Made by a program: the position numbers and the translations under genes. The notes under the pieces are model-generated. The model did not search any database, was not told the DNA's origin, and saw nothing but the letters and a program-made list of their open reading frames with translations. Below are positions 35,827-44,169 of a DNA stretch of 64,000 nucleotides, one piece after another. The DNA is taken from the NCBI GenBank assembly GCA_964637295.1, contig CAZWWE010000001.1, positions 252,312 to 316,311 of the forward strand, given 5' to 3'. Every line of letters begins with the position of its first letter. Position 1 is the first letter of the stretch. This DNA comes from an uncultured Pseudomonadales bacterium (GTDB lineage: Bacteria > Patescibacteriota > Microgenomatia > UBA1400 > PJMF01).

Positions 35827-38736
35827 CTATAGCGAGTTCATGGCATTGACCAAAATGGCCATAGTAATCGAGCCCGGTCTGTCATAACGAGGATATTGAC
35901 TACCGTCACTAAAATTTTGACAAACGTTCGAGCCAGCGTAACAAAATTTTTTAGCATTTTCGATCAACCAATTTTTCTTTTCATCACTAAAATTCCAAAT
36001 ACTTTGTTTTTGGTCTAAATCAGCTCTCAGTTTAGCAATTACACTGGCAGTGGGACTGACGCTACAATTAAATTCTACATAATCAAGACAAAAAACTAGA
36101 TCCATGTCAGCATGGCGTTCATCAATGTAAGCAAGTGGGTGGGGATGATCTTCACTAGTAAATTGTGGTGGGCATTTGCCGCCATTTAGCCAGCGAGTTG
36201 ACTTGGCACAATTTTGATTACCCAAACCATTGTAGGCACCAATGGCTGCCACCAAAGTTTCGTAGTCAATATTGTTTTTATCGAAACCATTGGTAAATTT
36301 CTCAATTAAGTGTTCCATGGCCAGCTTAGCATCTTCTTTCAGTGAGCCGCCGTGCAAGTTCCCACCGTCAAAAAGTGACTGATCAGCGTTTGAACCACCT
36401 TCAGTCCAGTGGATACCGGCCGCAATTTCGCAAGGAATGCCAGTCATTTTTTCTGCATATTCATAAGCCTCGATGACTTCAGGAGTTAATCTGGGGGCAA
36501 TTTCCGCAGTGAAAATATCTTTGGCGAATTGCGGAATACCTGCAACATCTGGCATGTTTTTAATATTTTTGAACGCTTCGCCGCTACAGGCACTAGCAGA
36601 ATTTTTGCCACGGGGTTTACCACTGCAACGACCCAAGAACATGTCTTCCACTCTCTGACAAGAAGCGATGTAATCATAGGTTTGCTCGAAGCTGGCTCTC
36701 AAGGTTTGTTGAATTTTGCGCAACATGAAACCCAATCCAAAATCTGGCAATAGAATTTCTTTTTCTCCCTCATCTAAGTTCACTCCAAAATCGTAATTAG
36801 TACAAACTTGTACAATTTTTGTTGAAGGCACACCATTGGCATTTGTTTCTATAATTTCCTCATCGTGACATTCGTCGGCTAGACTAATAGAGTCACTGGC
36901 TTTGATGCCGATGTCTGCTCCTTTGAAAGTGTAATACTTGGGAATAACTCCTTTTTTGTTTTTCATGTCTTCAATGACGTTATTGCGTACCGTGTCAAAA
37001 AAAATTTCTTCATTCCAGAAAATCCCCAAAGCTTTATTAACATCTTTAATGGTTTCTCCAAGAGGAATGACTAAATAAGCGTTAACAATCATGGGTTCCT
37101 CTAATTTGGGTGGATCACTATTAATGGTCAATTGCCATTGAAAAAGATTGGTGTCTGCTGATTTTAATTTATCGACAATAAGTTGATTGACTGGACTTTG
37201 GTATTGATCTTTTTTAATATCCTTGGAGGCAGGCGTAAACAAGTCGCCTGCTTTTTCCCAATTCAACTCTTCTTGATTAAAAATTTCTTCGATGCCAGCG
37301 CTGCCACTCGCACTGTTTGTGGTAGTATTTTCAGTGCCCAACAAATTGCCAGCTAGCGTAGTTTCTTCAACAATTCTCAAAGTTGTGTTGGTGCAATTAG
37401 GAGCGCTACCGTTGATCATGTCGATTAAGACATTGCGCAAAGCATTGTCATCACTTCTTTGGCATTGAGGATAACTATCCGGACATTTAATAATGGGACT
37501 GCCCAAGTAGGGTGCACCTTTGGCTAATTCATAAATTTCCTTTCTTTTATTTTCTTGATCTTTATGATCTTTGGTATTTTGGGCTTTGACTTGAATAGCC
37601 ATCTTAGTTAATTCTAGGGTATCAACATTGCCGGTTGCCAAAGATTTGTTGGTGCCAAAGTCTGGGATTTTAAAAGCTACGATGATGGGCGCATGTACTT
37701 CTTCGTCAATTTGCGGATTGGCTTGTAAAAAATAAAAAGTGTCATTAGCTGCGCTTTTACCTTTATTTTGTTGAGGCACTAAGACTAAAAAAGCTAGACG
37801 ATAAAGAGAATCTAAATCAATTGGCAAGCGAGCGACTGCTGCTCTTAAACTTGCCAACTGATCAAGGCTGATACTTGGTGCTTCGTTTTCTTCCTGATCT
37901 TGCTTGGATGCAGAAAACTGATCGATGGTCAAATCAGCACAAACTTTTTTGTACAATTCTTCATTTTTTAGATTTGGTCTAGCTTGAGCAACCCAATCCA
38001 TTAGAATTTGATTATCAAAATTGACGTCAACGATGTGCTCATCGACCTTCAATTCTTGTTGACTCATGATTGAGCGACTGGCGCCTTGTTCATTAACCGC
38101 AATTTGAAAAGTATATGTTTTATTTAAAGAACAAGGCTCACCAACAATTTCTTTGCAAATTTTAATAGCAGAGAGAGTATTTTGAATTTTGGCCAAACAC
38201 TGATCGTAACTAGAGAGCAATCTTTGACTTACGCCAGCAGCATTGAGCATGTATTCGTTACCAATTTGTTGATAATTAGCTCCAAACATACCTTCAAAAG
38301 AACTATTTTTCAAAGTTTCTGTTTTGGTTTCCATGCCTCGCAAAAGTGGGATGCGGGCTTTGGACAGGTCAACCAGATAAGGATCATTGCCTCCAAAAAT
38401 AGTGGGATTAAATCCTTTGTAAAAACTTTCTTGCGGAGGAGTACCGCTGCTAAAAAACTTGTCAATTTCTCCCCAAAGAGTTTTGTTAATTACCCACTGC
38501 GCCCCGCCGCAATGTGCCTCATAACCCTGATCTTTAATCATGTTATTTAACAAGTCTTCGTAGAACAAACCAGCTTTGGCTTGTGGCAAAAACATGGGCA
38601 GCAGCGTGTAAGTGGCACTTTCGCTAGCCACAGACGCTTGAGTATTTTGTGCCTCAACTGGTTTGGCTTTAAGCAAAAACAATTGGCAAAACAAAAAAAA
38701 GCAGAGTAAATTTATCTTGAAAAATCGATTAAACAC
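35827..38736 (-). CDS. Large secreted protein (969 aa); possible divergent lysozyme-like domain near C-terminus
   Basis: Signal peptide MFNRFFKINLLCFFLFCQLFLLKAKPVEA. C-terminal segment HWTEGGSN...AAIGAYNGLGN is reminiscent of an SLT/lysozyme-like E...AYNxG pattern. This is a weak resemblance. Confidence 0.3.
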   Translation of the reverse strand: MFNRFFKINLLCFFLFCQLFLLKAKPVEAQNTQASVASESATYTLLPMFLPQAKAGLFYEDLLNNMIKDQGYEAHCGGAQWVINKTLWGEIDKFFSSGTPPQESFYKGFNPTIFGGNDPYLVDLSKARIPLLRGMETKTETLKNSSFEGMFGANYQQIGNEYMLNAAGVSQRLLSSYDQCLAKIQNTLSAIKICKEIVGEPCSLNKTYTFQIAVNEQGASRSIMSQQELKVDEHIVDVNFDNQILMDWVAQARPNLKNEELYKKVCADLTIDQFSASKQDQEENEAPSISLDQLASLRAAVARLPIDLDSLYRLAFLVLVPQQNKGKSAANDTFYFLQANPQIDEEVHAPIIVAFKIPDFGTNKSLATGNVDTLELTKMAIQVKAQNTKDHKDQENKRKEIYELAKGAPYLGSPIIKCPDSYPQCQRSDDNALRNVLIDMINGSAPNCTNTTLRIVEETTLAGNLLGTENTTTNSASGSAGIEEIFNQEELNWEKAGDLFTPASKDIKKDQYQSPVNQLIVDKLKSADTNLFQWQLTINSDPPKLEEPMIVNAYLVIPLGETIKDVNKALGIFWNEEIFFDTVRNNVIEDMKNKKGVIPKYYTFKGADIGIKASDSISLADECHDEEIIETNANGVPSTKIVQVCTNYDFGVNLDEGEKEILLPDFGLGFMLRKIQQTLRASFEQTYDYIASCQRVEDMFLGRCSGKPRGKNSASACSGEAFKNIKNMPDVAGIPQFAKDIFTAEIAPRLTPEVIEAYEYAEKMTGIPCEIAAGIHWTEGGSNADQSLFDGGNLHGGSLKEDAKLAMEHLIEKFTNGFDKNNIDYETLVAAIGAYNGLGNQNCAKSTRWLNGGKCPPQFTSEDHPHPLAYIDERHADMDLVFCLDYVEFNCSVSPTASVIAKLRADLDQKQSIWNFSDEKKNWLIENAKKFCYAGSNVCQNFSDGSQYPRYDRPGSITMAILVNAMNSL

Positions 38737-38763
38737 GTTCTTATTATACTAAGAACAAGAGTT

Positions 38764-39657
38764 CTAGGAAAGAATGCGAATACCAAAAATAATTTCCAAG
38801 AGTTGAGCGATCCAGTAGGCAGCAAATAAAATAATAAAACCAATGATGGCTGAGGTAATTTTTTGCTTCCCTTCGTCTAATGATTTGGAGTTATTAGCTC
38901 CAGATAACATTTGAAAACCTCCAAGCAACATGACGACGAATAAAATAATACCTGCGATGGGAAAAATGAAAAACTGCAGTGCTCGAGAAATAATTTTTCC
39001 AGGATTTGACAAATCTACGCTACTACCACCGATTTTAAAGGGATTGAGGCTTTCTAAGGTTGCCGCGCTAACTTCAACGTCATTAATTCCTACATCAGTA
39101 TTCTGACATTGACCATCTCGGTACCAGCCACAGCAACGAGTGTTACCAGTACTGCGATTGGGAATTGCCTCTTGATTAGAGCACACACACTTTTTGGCAT
39201 TTTGAGCATCGGGATCATATTCAGTGCCACAATAAACCTCGTTGACCTGAGGGGGAGCGCTGAGACATTGAGTTTTTTCTGGATTTAGCCAGCCGCAGCA
39301 GACTCTGTTGACCACATAATTATAGGACTGCCATTGTCCTCCTGGACAATCGCAAACCCCTCCCTGTGGGACGCTGGCTCTCATTCTGCTTTCACCACAG
39401 GCATAAATATTTGGATCCTTATTGGCGTAGCACTGACCTTCGATGGAAGAATAAGAGCCGCAGCAGTAATATATTTCACTAAGGACATTGCCGATAAAAT
39501 CTGGTTTATTATTAACATTACTGCAATTGCACATATTACTAACATCTTCTCCAAGTCGAGCTCTGAAAGTTTCACCGCATTGATATGCCTGGCTAGTATT
39601 AGTGAAAATTAAACAGAAAAAAACAGAAATAAATAGAGTTTTTAGTATTTTTTTCAT
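38764..39657 (-). CDS. Cys-rich secreted ectodomain fused to C-terminal VirB2-like pilin hairpin (paralog 9)
   Basis: Start at the internal ATG 39657 (signal peptide MKKILKTLFISVFFCLIFTNTSQA), 1 nt after the upstream gene's stop. CCGW/CxC-rich ectodomain. C-terminal IILFVVMLLGGFQMLSGANNSKSLDEGKQKITSAIIGFIILFAAYWIAQLL. Confidence 0.55.
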   Translation of the reverse strand: MKKILKTLFISVFFCLIFTNTSQAYQCGETFRARLGEDVSNMCNCSNVNNKPDFIGNVLSEIYYCCGSYSSIEGQCYANKDPNIYACGESRMRASVPQGGVCDCPGGQWQSYNYVVNRVCCGWLNPEKTQCLSAPPQVNEVYCGTEYDPDAQNAKKCVCSNQEAIPNRSTGNTRCCGWYRDGQCQNTDVGINDVEVSAATLESLNPFKIGGSSVDLSNPGKIISRALQFFIFPIAGIILFVVMLLGGFQMLSGANNSKSLDEGKQKITSAIIGFIILFAAYWIAQLLEIIFGIRILS

Positions 39658-39658
39658 C

Positions 39659-40519
39659 TTATTCTCCAAATCCTGGTATGCGTAAAATTGATACACCAAT
39701 AAATTGTAAGATAGTGACTGAAAAAATGACAAATAAAAGGCCAATAATTGCCGAAGTAATAATTTCTTTTGCCTCTTTGGTTTTATTTGGATCGCCTTGA
39801 GAAACTGATAGCATGAAAGAACCCACCAAAATCATAATTAGAACGATGCCGCCACCGGCTGTCAGGCCAATGGTCACGATGGTTGTAATAACACTTTCTG
39901 GATCACTAGGAATACAACCTACAGCTGTCCAGACGCCGCCATTTTGAAAACAAGCCTGACAAGCTTCGAATTGGCTGGTGCCTTCTTTGATTTGTTGTTT
40001 GCAAAGATCATAATTGGCAACTGCGTCAGTTTTTGTATTACATTGATTTTCCTCATTGCCGCATTGCAAAGCTGCTTGCGGAGAAGCAATGTAAATTTTT
40101 TGATCTGTAGTGGTGAGAGTGGGATATAAAATAACTGTTAGTTTATAAGAGCAATTAGGTTCAATATTTTTTCCTGCAATCACAATATCAACCGCGCCAT
40201 TTTTTACATCAAAAAAAGAATTATACATATCAGTAAATCCATTTTTGCAAGCTAAAGTTGTGCCGTCTAAATAAACTTTAATAGCTTTTCCATCAACAAT
40301 TTTGCCATCCGCATAAGCGATGTCGGTTAATTTCACATGCACATCTGTTCCAGCCTGGACACAGCCACTTAAAAAATTGCAATTTTGTCCATCTCTTTCT
40401 TGATAGACTTCCGTTGTCCCAATTCTGGCAGTCCCAGCCGCCAACACTTCTTTCACGTTGAGTGAAAAAAGTGAGCTAATCAATAAAAACACTAGAGCTA
40501 TTTTTCTCATTTTCGTCAC
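39659..40519 (-). CDS. Cys-rich secreted ectodomain fused to C-terminal VirB2-like pilin hairpin (paralog 8)
   Basis: Signal peptide MTKMRKIALVFLLISSLFSLNVKEVLA. Cysteine-rich ectodomain. C-terminal IVLIMILVGSFMLSVSQGDPNKTKEAKEIITSAIIGLLFVIFSVTILQFI. Confidence 0.55.
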   Translation of the reverse strand: MTKMRKIALVFLLISSLFSLNVKEVLAAGTARIGTTEVYQERDGQNCNFLSGCVQAGTDVHVKLTDIAYADGKIVDGKAIKVYLDGTTLACKNGFTDMYNSFFDVKNGAVDIVIAGKNIEPNCSYKLTVILYPTLTTTDQKIYIASPQAALQCGNEENQCNTKTDAVANYDLCKQQIKEGTSQFEACQACFQNGGVWTAVGCIPSDPESVITTIVTIGLTAGGGIVLIMILVGSFMLSVSQGDPNKTKEAKEIITSAIIGLLFVIFSVTILQFIGVSILRIPGFGE

Positions 40520-40579
40520 CTCTATATTAAATCATTAAATCTCATTAAAACCAAGCTTTTATTATAGTAGAATGGAATC

Positions 40580-42295
40580 ATGAAGCTGCTGCGTCATTTA
40601 TTTTTTTTACTTTGTTTACTGCTTTCTGTTGCGCTAGTTTTGTTTGCAAATTTATGGTTTATACCTAAAACAGCCCAGGCGATTTCAGATATTGAGCAGT
40701 TACAACAAGACATTGACAAGCTAGAAGAGCTCAAAAAACTTTCCGAAAATGCGACTGCTCCTCTCGAAAAAGAAGTGGCCGGTTTAGAAGCAAGGATCAA
40801 TTCAGCTCAAGCCGGAATTAATAAAGCCAAAACTCAAGCTCAAGAATTGGCTAAAAATATCGAAAAGAGAGAAACTGATTTGGCCTATCATTATCAACTT
40901 TTTGCCAATCGTGTTGCCGAATCATATAAAAGAGAGCGTGTCTTTAATCCCTTGGCTCTTTTTCTTTCTAGTCAAAATGCTAGTCAAATGACCAAAGATT
41001 TGGCTTATAAAGAATCGGCTCGCGCTCAAGATGACCGCTTGATTCGTTCTCTTTCTGGAGAAATTGCTCAGTTGCAGGCAGATAAAAAACAATTAGAGTC
41101 TGATCAAATTCGTTTAGCCGCTCTTTCAGTTCAACTTGACAAGCAGGCCGATTTTTTCAAAGGCGAAATCGCCAAGGCTAAGGCTTATCAAAGCGAATTG
41201 AGTGGCAAAATAGCGTCTTTATCAGCCAAACAGCAAGCGATTTTGTCGGAAAAATCTGGTACTTTTCAAACCACTGTCGGTGACGTGCCTTTGGCCGATG
41301 ATCCAGCCAGTCGCCCTGATTATAAACCGGGTTTCTCACCAGCTTTTGCCGTGTTTAGTTTTGGAGCACCACATTTCAAAGGCATGAGCCAATATGGAGC
41401 TTTGGGTCGTGCCAAAAGTGGCCAAAGCTACGAAAAGATTCTCAGGGCTTATTACGGAAGTGGGATAGAAATCAAAACTGTTGATGTCAATCAAAAAATC
41501 ACCGTTGATGGCTATGGTTCTTATTCTTTGGAAGAATACACCAAGAGAATTTATGAAGTGCCCAACAGCTGGGGAGACGACGGTGGTATGGAGGCGCTCA
41601 AAGCTCAAGCAGTGGCAGCACGCAGTTATGTTTTGGCGAGAGGGTCTTCAATCTGTGCGACTGAAGCCTGCCAGGTTTTTAAGCCAAGTCCCAAAGGGGG
41701 TAATTGGGAAAAAGCTGTCAATGAAACTAAGGGCAAGGTGGTTTATGCCAACGGCAAACCTTTTTCGACTTGGTACGCCTCTACTTCAGGTGGATATCAA
41801 GAGTCATATTCTGCCAATGGCTATTCAACACCAGGTTTTTGGGATACAGCTGATGGACGTAATGGTTGGACCTCCAAAGCTTATGAAAAAATTGCTGGTT
41901 CACCGTGGTTTTATAAAGCCTGGTATAAAACTAGATCGGGAGATGCTTGTGGACGCAATCATCCTTGGCTAACAAGTGAAGAAATGGCTGATATTTTAAA
42001 TGCTTGGGTGGTGATGTATAAAGGTGGTGGAGACAGTGGGCGAGTGACTCCAGAATCTTCTTGTTGGGGTGGTAATCCTTATAGCAAGAATGATCTACAA
42101 AAAATTGGTGGTTTTACTAGCGTCAGTGGGGTGAGTGTCAAATATTCCAATAATGGCACTACGGCTGAAGTTAGCTTCCAAACTAACAAGGGTAGCGTCA
42201 CCATCAATGGTAATGAATTTTATAAAACCTTCAACTTAAGAGCTCCGGGTAGAATTTCGGTCAAATCGGGGTTGTTTAATATCGAGAAAAAATAA
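40580..42295 (+). CDS. Secreted coiled-coil protein with C-terminal SpoIID/LytB domain (PcsB/CwlO-like architecture)
   Basis: N-terminal signal and long coiled coil (LEELKKLSE..., QLQADKKQLESDQ). C-terminus MEALKAQAVAARSYVLARG matches the SpoIID/LytB signature. Confidence 0.6.
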   Translation: MKLLRHLFFLLCLLLSVALVLFANLWFIPKTAQAISDIEQLQQDIDKLEELKKLSENATAPLEKEVAGLEARINSAQAGINKAKTQAQELAKNIEKRETDLAYHYQLFANRVAESYKRERVFNPLALFLSSQNASQMTKDLAYKESARAQDDRLIRSLSGEIAQLQADKKQLESDQIRLAALSVQLDKQADFFKGEIAKAKAYQSELSGKIASLSAKQQAILSEKSGTFQTTVGDVPLADDPASRPDYKPGFSPAFAVFSFGAPHFKGMSQYGALGRAKSGQSYEKILRAYYGSGIEIKTVDVNQKITVDGYGSYSLEEYTKRIYEVPNSWGDDGGMEALKAQAVAARSYVLARGSSICATEACQVFKPSPKGGNWEKAVNETKGKVVYANGKPFSTWYASTSGGYQESYSANGYSTPGFWDTADGRNGWTSKAYEKIAGSPWFYKAWYKTRSGDACGRNHPWLTSEEMADILNAWVVMYKGGGDSGRVTPESSCWGGNPYSKNDLQKIGGFTSVSGVSVKYSNNGTTAEVSFQTNKGSVTINGNEFYKTFNLRAPGRISVKSGLFNIEKK

Positions 42296-42296
42296 A

Positions 42297-44132
42297 TTAA
42301 ATTCCTCGCAAATATTTAGCAGCCCACGGTCTGTAGTTACTGTAATAATAGTCTTCGCGAATTAGTTCACCATCTTTGTCACGAATAACATTGGTGAATT
42401 CAGCCTTAATTCCGCTGGCTGCCCAATCGATTTGTTTGAGTTGACCTGGTTTCAGACTAGGATCGGGAATGTAAACAGCTGGCAAAGCGGGGACTTGTCC
42501 CCATTTTTTATATTTACTAATTTCTGTTTTGCGGCCATCGCTGGCGCCATAAAGCTTACAAAACATATAAAGTTTTTTACTGTCGCTTTGACAGCTAATT
42601 AAAATGTGGCCTGGAGTATCGTTGATAAAACGCAAATCAACGTTGCCTGCATACACTGTGGCGTCAAAACCTGGCTCATTACCAATTTCGTAGTAAGAAA
42701 CTCGATAAGCATGTGGTAATCTTCTGGTAATTTTAACTCCAGCATTCAGTAAGGCCCGAAAAAGAGTGCTGCTCACTTGACAAACTCCGCCACCTGGCGC
42801 CAATTTTGTTTCGCCTTTTTCAATAATATAAGCATTTTTAAAACCAGTTTTATCGGAAACTTCACCTAGAGCTTGATTAAAAGAAAATTCTTCTCCAGGT
42901 TTAACCAAATGAAGATTGATGCGATCGGTGGTCAAAGCGACGTTATCAATACGTCCAGGAATGGAATGATCGTACCAACTTTCGCCAAAACCAATGACTT
43001 CTTTGATGCCCAACTCATTGGTTTCGGCCAAAGTAATTTCTGCAGGACTATTTTTCATGGGAATTACAAAGGTATTTTCTTGGACAATTTGTTGTTCACT
43101 GGCTTCTTTTGTTTCTAGTTCAAGAATTTTTTCCAAAAATTCACTTAAAATTTTTTCCACCGCTTGAGTATCAATTTCAAGTCCATCTTGATCGGGAACA
43201 AATTCTGTAACTTTTAAGCTTTCTGGATCATATTGAAAACTTGCATTGCGACTGGGTCGATTGATTTGAGTTTTCAACTCTTCTAGAAAGGTTTCGATCT
43301 TTTCTTGATCTAATTTATCTGGTAAAGCGATTAAATCTAACAACTGTTGATCATTGAGAGCGATTTTTTGGTATTCATAAGTCAAATGAAGGGTTTGTTT
43401 GATGAATTTTTTAAGCAGTTTTTCGCTGGTTTCAATTTCTGCTTTAGATAATGGTGAAGTTGTTTGCAAAACTCTTGCTTGGACTTGCCAGTCTTTTTCT
43501 GTTAGCTCTACAATTTTTTTGGCAAAAATTTGCGTGCGAATGGCGTCAAGACTTTCATTAATAAGTAATTCTTGGCCCACTTGACCCTCATCTATCAGAA
43601 TTTCTTGATTTTTGATTAAGGCACTTGGTTTTTTGCCTGGCTGATCAACTTGTTTTTTCAATTCTTCCAAAAGAGCGCGAATCTGATTTTCTTCATAAGT
43701 TAAATAAAAATAATAGCGCTCTGCTTGCCATTGAGCAGTGAGCATTTTTTTCAGTTGTTGCCAAACAGAACCCTGATGTTGCCTAGCAAAAATCTTTGTT
43801 AAGTTTGAGTCAATATCATTAACCACTCCCAAATCTTGAAGCTTAGCTTCCACCTTTTTTTCTTGCACAAAAACTTGTAAAGACGTTTTTTCTAGGTCGA
43901 TAGAATTTTCTGTTGACTTTATCAATTTGCTTTTAGCTTCGGCCAAAGTTAGACCACTTACGTTAATATTTTCTACAAAAGTTTTTTGATAAAAACGTGC
44001 TTGATAATAAGTCAAATACAATCTCAGTAAGATGATGCTCATGAGCATCAGACCGAAACCTGTTCCAAATAAAAGCCAAAACGACTTTTTTTGTTGAAAG
44101 TTGAGCTTGATTGCTGAGTAAATTTTATCCAT
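42297..44132 (-). CDS. VanW domain-containing membrane-anchored protein
   Basis: N-terminal TM. C-terminal VanW core LVKPGEEFSFNQALGEVSDKTGFKNAYIIEKGETKLAPGGGVCQVSSTLFRALLNAGVKI. Confidence 0.7.
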   Translation of the reverse strand: MDKIYSAIKLNFQQKKSFWLLFGTGFGLMLMSIILLRLYLTYYQARFYQKTFVENINVSGLTLAEAKSKLIKSTENSIDLEKTSLQVFVQEKKVEAKLQDLGVVNDIDSNLTKIFARQHQGSVWQQLKKMLTAQWQAERYYFYLTYEENQIRALLEELKKQVDQPGKKPSALIKNQEILIDEGQVGQELLINESLDAIRTQIFAKKIVELTEKDWQVQARVLQTTSPLSKAEIETSEKLLKKFIKQTLHLTYEYQKIALNDQQLLDLIALPDKLDQEKIETFLEELKTQINRPSRNASFQYDPESLKVTEFVPDQDGLEIDTQAVEKILSEFLEKILELETKEASEQQIVQENTFVIPMKNSPAEITLAETNELGIKEVIGFGESWYDHSIPGRIDNVALTTDRINLHLVKPGEEFSFNQALGEVSDKTGFKNAYIIEKGETKLAPGGGVCQVSSTLFRALLNAGVKITRRLPHAYRVSYYEIGNEPGFDATVYAGNVDLRFINDTPGHILISCQSDSKKLYMFCKLYGASDGRKTEISKYKKWGQVPALPAVYIPDPSLKPGQLKQIDWAASGIKAEFTNVIRDKDGELIREDYYYSNYRPWAAKYLRGI

Positions 44133-44169
44133 AATAACAATACTACATTGTACTTTGTAGTCTGTTATT

